From positions 620,001-684,000 of the forward strand of contig NW_025767048.1 in the NCBI RefSeq assembly GCF_003918875.1: a stretch of DNA of 64,000 bases, read 5' to 3'. Position 1 is the stretch's first letter, and the number at the start of each line of letters is the position of its first letter. Source of the stretch: Haliotis rubra (lineage: Eukaryota). The notes under the pieces were generated by a model. That model saw only the letters and a list, made by a program, of their open reading frames with translations, searched no databases and was not told where the DNA came from. The translations under genes were made by a program, and so were the position numbers. Positions 43,405 to 57,986 of the stretch are shown here, piece after piece.

Positions 43405-46011
43405 GGGCGTATGAGGAATCACATCAGTGAAATTATATCATGGATCACTGGAATAAGTACTGACACCAGGTGTTTGCGAAAAGGGTGAGGTGTTCCAGTT
43501 CTACTGGTAAACATTCGCTACAAATACACTGTTCCCTTGAAATGTTAACCTGGACAATTTCACGTGGCAGAGCATTGTCCAGATTACAGAGGCTTCGCTT
43601 TATAACAACATCAACCTCGCACAGCTATATATGATAATTTCCACTGCCCAAGCCGCTCGTTCAACGCTCCCCCTTGTCAAGCATCGTATCTCCCGTCTAT
43701 CACATTTCAAAAATTGAATATTTCTTGATTGTCTGTTGGCACATCTAGGGACTGTTGGCAATTTGTATTGTTAAAGTATTTTCCGGTCCTTTATTAGTAC
43801 ACAAAGCCCTCTGATTGGCTGGGGGAATTAGCGCTCATCCCGGCCTCTCTAGCCTGTTAGGTGGGATTGGCAAATGATGCCCTATTGTCGCTGGTGTTAC
43901 TAGGCAGAGCTCGACACCGTCTGTGCCAGATAGAGGTGATCATGGAAATTGTTGCTGTCTGGGTAGACTAATGTCCTAATTCTTACAATGAAACTGGTTT
44001 AGGGACAATTGGATTAGGACAATCCCTACTTAATACTGGGTGGAATTACATCTATGTTCAGAAGACTGAAAGTAAAAAAGATGCAAGCACCAAATGGGGA
44101 AGATATGCGCCGGCATAATAATCCTCATTGTCGTCGGAGTTTCAGCTACTATATATGGAAAGTCTGTTTTTAACAGATGTTGATGGCATATTAGTTAATG
44201 AGAAAATCATGCATCACACGATATCATCACACGAAAATGTTCATAACAGTATATTACACATAGCTTTGCTTGATATTAAAATATCTATTGTTTCGAAATA
44301 ACGACACAATTGTGTTATTGGTTGTGAGTGGAACGTTTAATCAAAGTACATTTTTTATATACCATTAAAAAGAAGTAGGGGATATTGGATTTACAAGATT
44401 GATAAAATGCAATTGATTAAGCCAAGGAGGAAACAGATAAGAAATTAAGGGAAAATGTGACAATTTATTCCATTCCTTTGGAAATGTTTTGTCATATGCA
44501 TTTGCATTGGATAGTGGTATGGAATATCCCCTACTTTTTTAAATGGTATATTACAAAAATATCTTTCATAACAATTACCAGTTAACAGTAGGGGTATGCA
44601 GAAAGGTCTTGAACATGAGGGGAACATCACTTGCTCAGCCAATAATAATAATACCTGCATTTAAAGAGCGCAGCAATTCACAATCATGAATAATAACCGT
44701 GCTCTGTGCCCTAGATCATACCGCTGATATCGTATCCGTTTGACTCGAATGAAATCAGTCCCATGTTTTACACGCTGTAAAAATCAGTCATTAGCATACT
44801 GAGTGTAAAATATCAATATGCATATGTGTTTTTTTTGTTTTAGTTGTTTTACACCGCACTCAGCAATATTCCAGCTATATGGCGGCGGTATATACATATG
44901 TCATTGCCTAGAATATGATTATTGGACCTCAACACCATAATCGTGCTTGATGACCTCGTTTAATACCTGTATCACAACGACCTTCTTCCCTGATAAAGTG
45001 ATATATCGTTCAAAGCTAAATATTAAAATCAAACTGACTTGCATATGGCATAAACTAACACAAATAATCGAAATCTTTTGCGTTGCAAACTCCACGTAAT
45101 GAATCGAATGTATTTTTTTTACAATTGACTTTTAGAATCAACGATGTCTTGGTTTCTGAAAGGCAAAACACAATTTGATAAACTTTATTCATGGTTTTTC
45201 TCAATGCAGTGGAAATATTTGTAGCTGCGTTCGTATATTTACGGATTAAAAATAACATATGTAAAGTATGATCTCACGGACCTGACTTTCATATTCTGTA
45301 CACATTATTATCAAACTTATATGCCATTCTCTTTCACAGTGTCAAAAGTGACCTCTCCGACCAATAAGTCTGACCCTTAAAAAGGTCAAGCTTGAGTCAT
45401 ATAACCATCTGTCTGTGTGTCAAATTGGCCCCGGGAATTCGGGCTTTGTTAAGTGCTACCCTATCACCAGACAAACAATCGTAAATTACTCGACCGTCCG
45501 CCATTTTAAGTCGCCCATTAGTAAAGCCAAGGGCCATAATTTGGCTCCTTGAGACGCAGTTACCCCCCTTGATAGATTAACGTTAGTCAGTGGTATGCCC
45601 ATTAAGTGAAAGTAAAATACTTTCCTCAGGGCGTTAGAGAGCAGTATTAACTGGCGGAATTCCCTGGGATCTAACGAAATGTGTTTTTAGCATTACTGGT
45701 TTAAAAAAATGTGTTTATCTTATCTACATATTTATCAATGATTGTCATTTAATCGAGATGAAAGGACTGACGTGATTCCTTTTGATCAATCTAGTCAAAA
45801 TCCGTGGTAGGGTCCATCGGCCCCGGAATCTAACGTACCGAAATTCGACGTGGAGAATACCGCCCCTGAGTTGTAACAGGATCCTCTGATCAGGGATAGA
45901 GTAGGCCCGATATTGGCCCTTGGCTATCTCACATTTTCCGTCACCAAACATGTTACTGAAATGTTGATTAAAGCAGTACTCGACTCCATGCTCTATAACT
46001 ATAGACTGAGT

Positions 46012-47272
46012 TCGACAGACAGACAGACACACAGGTTCATTTCATTAATGTGGCCATGAGGCCAATAGTACAAAATGTCAACCTAGATTAAATTTTTACA
46101 GAGCGCATGGACATGATTTTGTTTACAAAAAATGCTAGACGGAGTATTATGCTATGGTTCTTAGTATTTAGAAGATGTACAAATTTTTGTTTATTTGGGT
46201 TCATAATATAGATACTTGGTATGTAGTGGGTTCTTACCGCTGCATATAAAGGACATTTCATTAACACATCGTACTCATCTTCTGGTACACTTTTACAATA
46301 ATCGCACATAGCTACACTAATGTCATTGTCTTTAGATCTTCTATACGAATTTATTTTTCAAATTGGTGGAGCCGCATCTGAATTTTGTTAAGACTCTGCG
46401 CAGATATAACGAAGAGAGTGCGATCAAATACAAGTCCGGAACAATATCAGATTTAAAGGCAGAATACATATGCAATGATTTTGACGTCAACGTTTAGAAC
46501 GTTTTTACAAAATTTTGAATGTACTCTTTCTATTCCATGGCGGATAACAGTTCCCCAAATTTCTGCTCCATAAAATAATATAGGTTGGATTTTACAGTCA
46601 AAGATTTTGAAAAATATATCGAACGGGGTTGTTTTATATTCGTACATGAATTTCTTAATAGGAAATATGGCTTTCTCTGCTTGCTTACACAAAACACCAC
46701 AAACTTTTGTCACTACATTTCTACAAGATAACGTTTATCCCAGATACTTATAATAGGAGACAGTTTCTAGTTTCTCTGTTCCAATTGACCATTTTTCTCT
46801 TTCTGCTATTCTACCACCTTTTTTAAAAACTATGACCTTTGTCTTGTTTGTATTAATTGACAATCCCCATTTCGAACAATACTGTTCTAAGATATCTATC
46901 TTTTTCTGTAGGTTCACAACGCTGTCTCCAAATATAGCGACATCATCCGCAAACAGAAGAATTGACAGTGCATTTATAGTCTCATCAATAAAAGCGCCAC
47001 TGTAGACGCTGTTTATGATGTCGTTAACTAGTTCATCAATGTACATAATAAATAGGACTGGAGATAAGATACAACCTTGTCGTACTCCAGTCACTGGGTT
47101 AAACGTTTCAGACATACTGTACTTCGTACATCTAACAGCTGCTTTTGCATGAGTATACATTGAACGTAAAACAGTGCTAATTTTACCATGTAGGCCATTG
47201 TTGAGAAGTATATATAGGAGGTTGTTTCTGTCAACGGTATCGAAAGCTTTTTTAAAATCAACAAAAATACAC
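46012..47272 (-). mobile_element. 5'-truncated decayed LINE (RT + CCHC), same group as the 4269-9122 element but a different family
   Basis: FVDFKKAFDTV, GVRQGCILSP, LLFADD, YKYLG, PILFYGAEIWG, EDEYDVLMKCPLY; (TGTC)n tail. Confidence 0.9.
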
Positions 47273-48246
47273 TGAGTTCGTGTATCTTTCGAAGCTACAT
47301 ATCACATGTCTCCCGAATAAGCCTCCGTTGTCTCACGTATACCGCGTTCGTGAGTGGAAGGTTGGTTATTATTCCCGACCATAATATTGCTGAGAGAGAG
47401 ACAAAAAGCCAAAAAGCCAAAAACATACAGCATAGAACCACACTCACTCATTCTTGCCGGTCTTCCTTTTCTAACCTAGATACTTATGATTGCCGCTTGA
47501 GGCGATGAAAGCAATCGCGTGGTCAGCCTTGGCGACGTGGTTGTCATGGTAATCCGCCGACTGTGGGTGTTACTCATGAAATCAGTCACCGGTTTGTCTT
47601 GTGTACTTCAAATCAGTTGCAGTTGTCATCATATGCCTGGACTTTGGCTGCATCCAGTTAGAATTAAGTTACGAGTTACTGTTAAAAGGATGGTTTTACA
47701 GATTAGAACCAGGGCCCGCTCTTAGGGCTACGACAGTTGTAATTCCTATACGTTAACATAGGCTTACGATCGTCTTTGCACTAAGATCGCTTTGTGCAAG
47801 TAGACCCAGGACAATATTTTTGTTATACAACATACGATGTTAGACGCCATACACTGTTAGTTAACATGGACATACATGTCACATGCGACGCCCGAATAGT
47901 TTGCCTCCTGAACTCAAGGCACCGAACTTGCTCCCACACGTCGGTTGATCCGTGTTCCCACATCCCATTTTTCTCGTAAGAAAATAAGACATGTTGCCTC
48001 AACGACATTACAAAGTAGAACATTGCGTGGTCAACGTAAACGCCAATGTCGATGTTGCCTCGTCAAAGTCAACCATGCTCTCGGAGTTTGACGTCACAGC
48101 CAGTTGACGTCACAGCCAGGAATCAGTTGCACACAAGCACAGTCCAAGCAAAGCGATCCTTAGTGACAGGTGCGATAAGGGGTCTTCTACTGTTCTCTGG
48201 GTACAATTCTGCTAGTTATCCCGTGACGACTCATCAGATCGATGAT

Positions 48247-48410
48247 GGGGCACTGGGGTAGCCTAGTGGTTAAAGCGTTCGCTTGTCACGCCGAAGATCC
48301 TGGTTCGATTCCCCACATGGGTACAATGTGTGAAGCCCGTTTCTGGTGTCCCTTTCCGTGATGTCGCTGGAATATTGCTAAAAGCGGCGTAAAACCCAAC
48401 TCACTCACTC
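48247..48410 (+). mobile_element. SINE family B, full length
   Basis: TSD tcagatcgatgat. Confidence 0.9.
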
Positions 48411-49329
48411 AGATCGATGATCGTTATTTCCGTATATGCCATCATTCTTACGAAGTGCGCGTAACTTGCCCGAAACTCTCACCATACTATTTGACCCCTC
48501 TTAGTTAGACTTTTCATGTTCTAAGTGTTTTAGTTTTGACTGATAACATTTCTTTCGTCATTCCTCTGTTTTTATACACCTAAGTGTACAGATATCGAAC
48601 TTCACGTTTATTCCGAGTTTTCTACATAGCGCCATTTATAAGTGTAGCATCGCCCAAACGCAGCAACTTGCGTGTGTGTGCTCTCATGGTTACATTCGTT
48701 TTTCAAATTACCAAGATGAAGGAGATAACTTGATGAAATAGTCTGAACTCTTATTTATCACGTTTTGTCGAACTAAAGTATCCTCTTACTGGCTTTCCAT
48801 TTTATTGTAAAACAAGTAAAATAAAAGACAAACAACAAAAAATTAATGCATTTTCATATACGTTTTATGACAGTCATTTAATTGAACTGAGAAACCTTCC
48901 AGGAATTTGTGATTTAGTAATCTTGGAAATATGTACGCAAAGTGTGCGTATGTCAATCAAGGTTACTGACGCCTCATCAGGAAGTACTATGCTAATCAGC
49001 AGAGCGGAGTTACATGGAAGCTTGCAATCAATGGACAATCTACAACAATGGAAGAGATAAACGTTTGCTTGATGACTTTGTCGGTATTTTCTTGAAAGAC
49101 GTCGTTCACAGACCTAAGGAACTTCAAGCCACTAAAAAGTATCATTAATGTTCTACAAGCATCTCCCTTACAACGCTTACTAGGATTGTTCAGTATGAAT
49201 GACACTGGAGCCTCGTTCTGAGAGTGATATACACTAAGCTTGGAGGCACTTCCGTCTCTAATGGCAGTCTTTTTTCTACACTGAGAGGAGAGTTGATAGA
49301 ATCTTGACTATTCAGAAATCTCTTCCATG

Positions 49330-49500
49330 CAGTCACGTGTGTCGGGAATTATGGGAAACTGTTGTTAAGGGCGGCTTGAGTGGTCTGCAGACCAACCATT
49401 ACATGATTAATATGACGTCAGGGTCACTCGTAATAAGTCACGGTGTCCCTTCAAGATTGAGTGGCGGTTGCTAAATGGCGGCCATTTTGAAACGGAAGTA
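49330..49500. promoter_or_regulatory. Possible promoter/enhancer motif cluster
   Basis: CACGTG 49334, TGACGTCA 49413, back-to-back YY1-like aaatggcggccatttt 49473, ETS cggaagt 49493. Motif evidence only. Confidence 0.3.
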
Positions 49501-52358
49501 CTCTGATTTGTTTCCTGAAAACGAAATTACAACATTTTGTTCTTTGTCGCGCTTTGGACAAAATAAAGGCTTGTCCACGTGCGACTGACCATGCGAAGAC
49601 TAGCCACTACACAAACCAGCGACGCTCTGGTCTTACGCATCAGTCAATGGTTTCAACTCGCTTTAAAGAACCAACACAAAGACGTCGACCGACAATGTAC
49701 ATGGTCCTCGTGCGTGGACCCTTTTAATCGTATGCATTTTAAATAACTCAGTTGTAGGAAATGACTTTTATGAAGGAGTTTGAAGTTAAATGGAACATAA
49801 CAGCGACTGATACAATGGCGTGGTGAATATGGATACAATCATTGGTATATTGAACATGGCTTCTGACAAAAACATCATTGATGTATATGGATGAAAACGA
49901 AATATCGATTCACATGATTCATCAAACGCTAGTTGTTCCTGACATAGATTATTTACTTGTTAAGTATTTTATCAGATTCCATCTTGTTTTCTTTTCTTTT
50001 TCTTAAGCAGACATTGTTAAGCAATAGTTATATACCTTTAAGATTCGTTTTCACTGATGAACTCAGCCATTGATCAAGCTGTAAACGTCTACTTCTTGAA
50101 TCACCTCGGGTTAAATCACTCAATAATTATTACATGACTCTAAAACATTCCAAAGTTAACCAAACTCAATATTGTTTACGTATGTACACATCGTCTCGTC
50201 ATATTCACACATTTACGTATTGCTCACTTTCGCGAAAGCGTTTGGAATATGGTGTGCTCTTCGCATACCCGAATATGTACATGTAAACAATGCTGAACTG
50301 TTTCGGGTAAAACCAGCATGGAAACCTACATTATTTCCCGTGAACGTAAAGTTCTGTCATGAATTAAATCTTAATACAAAGTTACAAAATGTGTTTTAGA
50401 AGGAAACCATGTTAAATTCAAGCTTTCCGATTTGTTATGACCGTGACGAAATTCAAATCAAATCTCTAGCAATAAAGAAATATTCTTCACACACATGACA
50501 AGAGACTCTTCAGGGTTGGAAACAGTTTTCAAGTTAGAACGATTATACTCTCGAAGATGCGCTCGAAGATGGCATTCATTCTTTTCAAACGCCACCTGCA
50601 GAAAAGATATCGAAATATCGCACGGGGGATTGTGTGTAGACTCTTCAATCTAATCCAAAGCTCCAAACAACACTTTATTTTCTGCTGCTCAATGCCAGAT
50701 ACTGGGGGCTATATGTAAGAAGTCCTTACAGCGTTGACATGGCTAAGTGAAGTCAATGCCTGCGTGACTTTGAGCAAACACTCATGAATAAACACTCGGG
50801 TCTATGTTAAACTCCTTCCACAAACGCTTGTATGGAGCCGTTGGTATAAGATGCCCTGAAAGATTTAGACAAAGAGGTGTTAGGAGTTGTAGCTTATTGA
50901 GTGTGAAGGCTACCAGTTCGAGGTAATTAAGGAATGAATTTTGTGATAAAGGCCTGAAGAACGGTAATGTGCGCCAATTCTATGACTTGCTTATTTTGAA
51001 GAAGAAATCGGTATTTAATAATTGTCAAAAGGAGTTTAATAGTCTGAATCTCCGTGTTACTCAAGTAATCATTAAACACTTTTCGTCAAATCCTAACGGC
51101 GATTTTTTGACTATGTAAATCAAAATGTATGGAAAATGCACTAAGGTGAAATCACGGGATTTCGGTTCGATAACAAAAAAAAGCTTAAATTTTCTGTAAA
51201 ATACATAGTTTAGAAACATTCAATGTAGTTTTCAATCATTTCGTTTGGGGGTTATCCGTAATTCGAAGGCAGCTTCAATATCTGCCCCATTGTGAACAGG
51301 ATAAAACTTCGTTCTTCTTGAAATCAAGTGCCAAATGCAATTTCATTATATCAAAAGTGAAGTATGTTCTTTGAATAAAATTACATATATATATTCATGA
51401 AAAAGGCAACATAGGATGAAGTAAAATTTAGTACAATTAACTTATTTTTGTAAAAAGTATTCTGGAGTTAATATACGTGTACAGTGCATTATTCAAAACT
51501 AATCGTGAACTATCCCCATTTCACTATTGTGCTGATTTCAGATATGAATAGCAATGATCGTGGACTAACAGTTTTTTAATCTATAGCAGTTTATTTGAAA
51601 GGAAATTACAAAACAATGATGAAATTATGCCGATTATTAAAAGTACGTAAATTAAATGGGATACATCAAGTATCAACTCAAGCTGAATAACTCAAGCAAC
51701 TTGTTCAAAATAAAATCCTGGAAATAATGTGACACATTTTCCAAAGCCAAAGAGAAATCCTACCCAAAGTTGTCTTAATTTACTTCCTACTTGAAACTGA
51801 AGGGTGGAAGTTGGGCATAAAATCATTTTTAGGGGAAGAATTAGGTATATAAAGGAAAACCCCGTCAATTAACGTCAATCATTGTCACGGGAGTGTCACG
51901 TGATACATCACATCCGATAACAAGGGGAGAGCACTGGAAATCATTATGGTGGCAAGTCACATTTCAGAGTGACATATTTGGGTGAGATTGAGAGATCAAT
52001 AGGGTTGATTGATTCCCGGGGATATCGAACTAAGACACAGCGCTAGCCATGGACTCCTTCGGATACTGCCCACTCAGATCACGGTTAAACCGGTGCAAAT
52101 CTTTCAGGCCACGAACGATCGCCATGAATCCGGCAGCCATCTTTAACGTGTTGATTCGCCTCCGAGACTCGAGAGTTCCAAAGCTGTCACCAGAACAAAA
52201 GAGGACGCCTCCCGTGCGCTTCGCCTCACGAGTCACGAGGTTCGAATCTCAGGATTTGGTCGTTTTTCTCTTCGACCCCATGTTGCTCTATTGTAACCAA
52301 CCAAGGGTTATTCTTGTCCTTCCGCTGTCTCATTATTTTTGATAATTTTACAATAATC

Positions 52359-53539
52359 TACCCCCTACCAATTAGGCTTATTAATATATTTTGTAGTGGT
52401 TACCGACAGTGAGGTGAGCATTGTGTTTCGATGCCATTCAGCGTCTAATCTCTGCCGTCGTCGTTTAGAAATCATAAGCTGTCTTTGGGACCAACAACAT
52501 TTTGATTTTTATCCAGCAGCATAGATCCATCGTGGAGTGTTTTCTGTTCTATGCTATTTCCTGTCAAATACAATTCCCTATTTTCCATCAATAACGCCAA
52601 TAACATTCAGTGATTAAAGAACCTTTTCAACTTCTGAGACAAGATTTACACACATTTTGACTAGAACTCGTTTTTCTTTCTATTTCCATGACTCCTGTGC
52701 TTTTGCGTTGTATTCATACCACTTCGCGCCATTTCGGAGTCATTGATTTATTTCAATACAGCATACTCTTTGAACTCCAGTGAATGATTTCAAATATGAA
52801 TAATCCGAGCGAGAATTTCAGATTTAATTCTAAAAATGTCCTGCTTTTATTAGCAAAGTTGGGAAAAGAAATCATCTAATCATTGTATTTTGTTTAATTA
52901 CATAGCGTCAAGGTCTAGGATTTGAAAAAAGAAAGAACATGTTCATACCCCCTACCAATTAGGCTTATTAATATATTTTGTAGTGGTTACCGACAGTGAG
53001 GTGAGCATTGTGTTTCGATGCCATTCAGCGTCTAATCTCTGCCGTCGTCGTTTAGAAATCATAAGCTGTCTTTGGGACCAACAACATTTTGATTTTTATC
53101 CAGCAGCATAGATCCATCGTGGAGTGTTTTCTGTTCTATGCTATTTCCTGTCAAATACAATTCCCTATTTTCCATCAATAACGCCAATAACATTCAGTGA
53201 TTAAAGAACCTTTTCAACTTCTGAGACAAGATTTACACACATTTTGACTAGAACTCGTTTTTCTTTCTATTTCCATGACTCCTGTGCTTTTGCGTTGTAT
53301 TCATACCACTTCGCGCCATTTCGGAGTCATTGATTTATTTCAATACAGCATACTCTTTGAACTCCAGTGAATGATTTCAAATATGAATAATCCGAGCGAG
53401 AATTTCAGATTTAATTCTAAAAATGTCCTGCTTTTATTAGTAAAGTTGGGAAAAGAAATCATCTAATCATTGTATTTTGTTTAATTACATAGCGTCAAGG
53501 TCTAGGATTTGAAAAAAGAAAGAACATGTTCATACCCCC
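52359..53539 (+). repeat. 587-bp direct tandem duplication
   Basis: 52359-52945 repeats at 52946-53532; only one substitution noticed (tagcaaag/tagtaaag); taccccc at all three boundaries. Confidence 0.96.
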
Positions 53540-56500
53540 CTTCCCCGTTGTATCCTTATTCTCTGTAATTCTCTTACACTAAATAAATGTATCAAATTTG
53601 AGAGAGAAATTTAAAAAGCATAACACGAACGGTCATATTTGAACTTGTATTACTGAAAATGAAGCATAAGGTTTTAGTTTATTTGAAATATTTACATTTC
53701 AAAAATGGTTTGTTTTAATGCATGGGAGGATTCTTGAATCTAAAGTTTCAAGTGAAATATACCAGGACCCTAGACAGGAGTCATTGTTCTGACCAAATAT
53801 CTATATCATTTCAAATTATTTCACTTGGCAATGTATGGTTCCATTGCTTGTTCTTTCTTTCTTAAATAATGAAAAATGAAGATAATAATTCATGTTTTGA
53901 TATAACATATATAACCTGTTTACATGAGGTGAAGAGAACTACTATATCCAAATAATTTGTTTGAATCAAAAACATGTTTTAAAAGAGATCTGAAATAAAA
54001 AGAAACATTTCGCTGCGAGTGATACGTTTGGAATTGAAGTCAAAGAGTTTTATGCACCTTGCACATCCACTGGAAACTCACCTGACAAAAAAGACGTATG
54101 ATAATCACTTGTTTCTTGCATAATTGTGATTGAATATGTAGTTGCACATGTTGACTAAATATGACTGCTATAATATAATGGGAAAATTCTTTTTTTCGAG
54201 CTGATTTCTTAGAAGTTACATTACTAGACATGCGGGCATGTGGTGATAAATATGATCATTGCTTATATACTTATACACACATTGCCAGTGTTAAGAAATA
54301 ATTCACGCATATTTGAAGATGCAGATGCAGTTTGTTTTGTGTGTTTTTTCAGGGGGGGGGGGGGGTGTGTGTCTGTCCAGTTCAGAAACACTTTAATGAC
54401 TTTTGTAATTTATAAGTCAAACTTAATTTTTTTACAAGTCTATGCGTTATTTTACTTGGAAATTTGATCATGGTTTGAATTTTCTCTTGAAATTGGAAAC
54501 TCCCACCATTATCATGGATATCTTATTTGACGTCATAATACCACATTTTGTACGTGATAAACAGAAGCTTGACACAGGTTGGAAAATTTGAAACAGCTCT
54601 CATTTTTCTATACAATATGGTTAAATCAACCCTCTTAGTAGCTCGTTATTTATGACTTGAAAACAGCACTTTGATAAAGTGTCAAATTGACTGTTAAATA
54701 ATCGGCTCTATATATATGACAAACAGCCGTCACAGATTGACACAGTCAAGTGAAATCAGAGGTATCAAATTATATCTATCATCTGAGCGGGTAGCCTTTA
54801 TGTTTAATATTGCAACAAGTTTTCATGAACCACATCTGTTACATGTATAAACCTCCTCATTTACTTTAGTGCTTTGAAAATCCAGCATTTCAAAGTACGC
54901 ATTCATTGAACGGTTGTTTTACATAACTTGTTATCAGGAATATACAACAGCTGTTTGGGGCGGCACCTTGTGCTGTGGTTGAAATTTGTAAGTAAGTGAA
55001 AAGACGGTTTACGGTGCAGTACCCGGAAAGTAGAATAAAATTAAATTGGCAGCACACAAATACATTTTGATTGAACTCTCAGTCAATTAAACAATACATT
55101 ATCGATACGATTGCTCACACCACGGGTTTTTGTTGCACATGAGAGATGTTCACGTTGTACCAACTGGTGGGTGAAAACAGAAATTGTAATTCTAGAGGCA
55201 ACGCCTGAACAATTTGGCCATGGTCCAGAGAGCTTTTTGCGGACAAACACGTAACTTTCATTCATTTGCATATTGGTTGAACTATGCTTCATATTTTAAA
55301 TACGTACATAATTATCAATAACTTAATGGTTTTCTTGCCCACGAGGCCACCCTTGTTTCGTCGTGCATTGCGTAATCAATTAGTAATCGATATTCGATCC
55401 CAAATCCACATGAGTGGTTTGTATTGGCAGATAACCAATCGTGGTAACACATGTTGTATTTCGGAGTGATTGTCAATGGTCATTGTTCAATGTAATAATC
55501 TCGAAATCATGGAAGGGGAGGAAAAAATAATCCAACAAAAAATCACAAAAGCAATAAACGATATCTGATTGCTACGCGAGGGGAATGCAATTAATATTAA
55601 AACATTTTAAATGTGTATGTTTATAATATTTGTACGAATTGATTATATTACATGTAAATGTAATCTATGTGAGTATGCGCGGTATATGAGATTATGTATT
55701 AAGCATGTAGGTTTGAAGTGTGTATGTGCGTAACATGTAGGTGGATGTATAGGGGCGCATGAATGGATTGCCGTGTGATCTTATCATTGCGTCATTTTTC
55801 GTTCTGCATTCTTAAGTTGGTATTTGCATGCATGTGTAGTTTGTGCATGGCGTATGTAGATTCACATCTCGATCCTATCTAAAACGTGTGTACATGCACG
55901 TGTAGGGGCATATGCCCGCATCCCAGTTTGTGCTAGAGAGAGAGTTTGTGTTGTGTGTGCGTTCATGTTTATCCGTGCATGTTTTCTGATTTTTTTTGCG
56001 AGGACGCGTGCACTTGCACTGTGTTGTTTTGTTGTCGGCATTTAAATAGGTAATGCAAATTCGTTGTCATTGATGTTTTAAATTTCTAAAATCCGGGTGG
56101 TTTCTGTCAACTTTAGATATATCTATCACAGATGTATCATATCTATCACAGATCCTTCATATAACTGTCACAGATCAATCATATAGCAGGCCCGCGGGTG
56201 GCCACTTAAAAGATGCCTCAAATTACGTGCTGCGTTTGGCCCATCGGACGATTACCATCATAGATTAAAACCCCGGTCCGTCATAAATATGTTTACATGT
56301 TTGTTAGCACAATACCCATGTTTGTAGAAAACCTTCCAGGCCTTTCCTCTAACACAAAGCCGACACACCATGACATGTCTGAAACACGGATCCGAGCGGC
56401 CTGAAACAAAAGTCACTCATTTCATCGCGTTCATCACTAGCAGCGCCATTAACAGCAAAGGCATTTTGAAATATGTGAAGAAAAATTATGTGATTTATGT

Positions 56501-57986
56501 AGGTGACTGATATATTAGAACTATGTTCCTACTTGATAATTTTACAAGAATCTGTATCGAAACGTCGCACTCACAAAATAGAAAAATGTTGTTATCCATA
56601 AATTTATCAGTATTCTATTTCCCAACATCTTTAATGTCACTCAATGAAGTTACCGAACATATATTGCAACGTTCAGTTGTATGTATATGACCGATCAACC
56701 TGATCAGTTATTCAAAATTAGTGTCTCCATTGGCCTACATCAATTTATAGATGTTGTAGACGACTTAAAGTGAATACCCAGATTTCTTATGTTATTTTGG
56801 GGAATTAAAATCAAAGGGCACACCCCCTCCCCACCCCTTCCTTTCCATCCATATTCCTACCTCCCAAGTTTTTGGACCCCCAAACTAGATTATTTACAGG
56901 CCGAGTGATATTAAATGTTCTGTAAAACAAACGAACACAACAAATTATAAGTGTTGTTTTTTTCAATTCTGAAAACCTTTACCCAGACAAGCGTTATTAT
57001 TCATTTTACTTTTGATTTAAATACAACTTATTACCCAAACTGGTCAAATTGACGGACTGTCGTCATAACCAGTTTTTTGTTCCATCATACATAAAATATA
57101 TAGTAATTCAATAAACATTCAATAATGCATACAAAGCTGATAACATTGCAATATGGGACATGCGTCTACATTTGTAAGTTTGTTTAAAAAACGCCATGGA
57201 TTTCAAGGACTTAAACAAACTCATTCCTAATAATCACCGACATCAACAACCGTGTGACGGACACAGTAGAGCGATTTCGTTATTTGTCAGTGATTTAAAA
57301 TAATATGTCTATATTGACAATTCAGAAAAATATGTCTGGAAGTCAATTTTTATTTAAAATAGCTTTGCCTTTCAATTTATTTGCAAATTACAAGGTGAAA
57401 TAAATAATGTTTTAGTGCCCATTTACTGTTGAGTAAACACGCACGCTTCGCCATATATTTGACCTCACCTCCGGATTATTTGAAATATTATGATTTCTTT
57501 CACTGTTTGTTCTACTTTTAGTTCATAGCTGGGAATGAAAGATCAGTTTGATCTTTCTCAGGAACCGTTCTCTTTCCATTCCGTTCTACCCGTAACCGTT
57601 TCCATAGTCATCATTTGATTCTCCCGAACTGTTTCCTTTTCATTCCTTTCATCCCGAAACAGTTACCCTCCTCCTCTACCCCTACCACCAAACACTTTTG
57701 CAGAAGTTGTTTTTCTCCTTGAATTGACGTCATTTCCCAAATGAATGTATAGTTATAAATAAATAAATATAGAAATATAAACAGGTTGAAGTAGTTTTAG
57801 TCTCTTTTAATAACTGACAAGAAACTTGAAACCCAGATCAAGTAAACAGTCTTAACATAACGTCAATGAAGCTTCAAGTCTGCACCCAAACAATAAAAAG
57901 ATAGTTACTATCGATGCATCGATGGTTTTTCATTTCTACCAATTGCTATCGGAGACTCAACAATTGCAATCCACCGATAGTTCGAT

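Noticed and set aside
50053-50090. Hammerhead ribozyme (ctgatga...cagc..gctg-taaacgtc)
   Set aside because: Core GAAA is TAAA and no convincing stems I/III.
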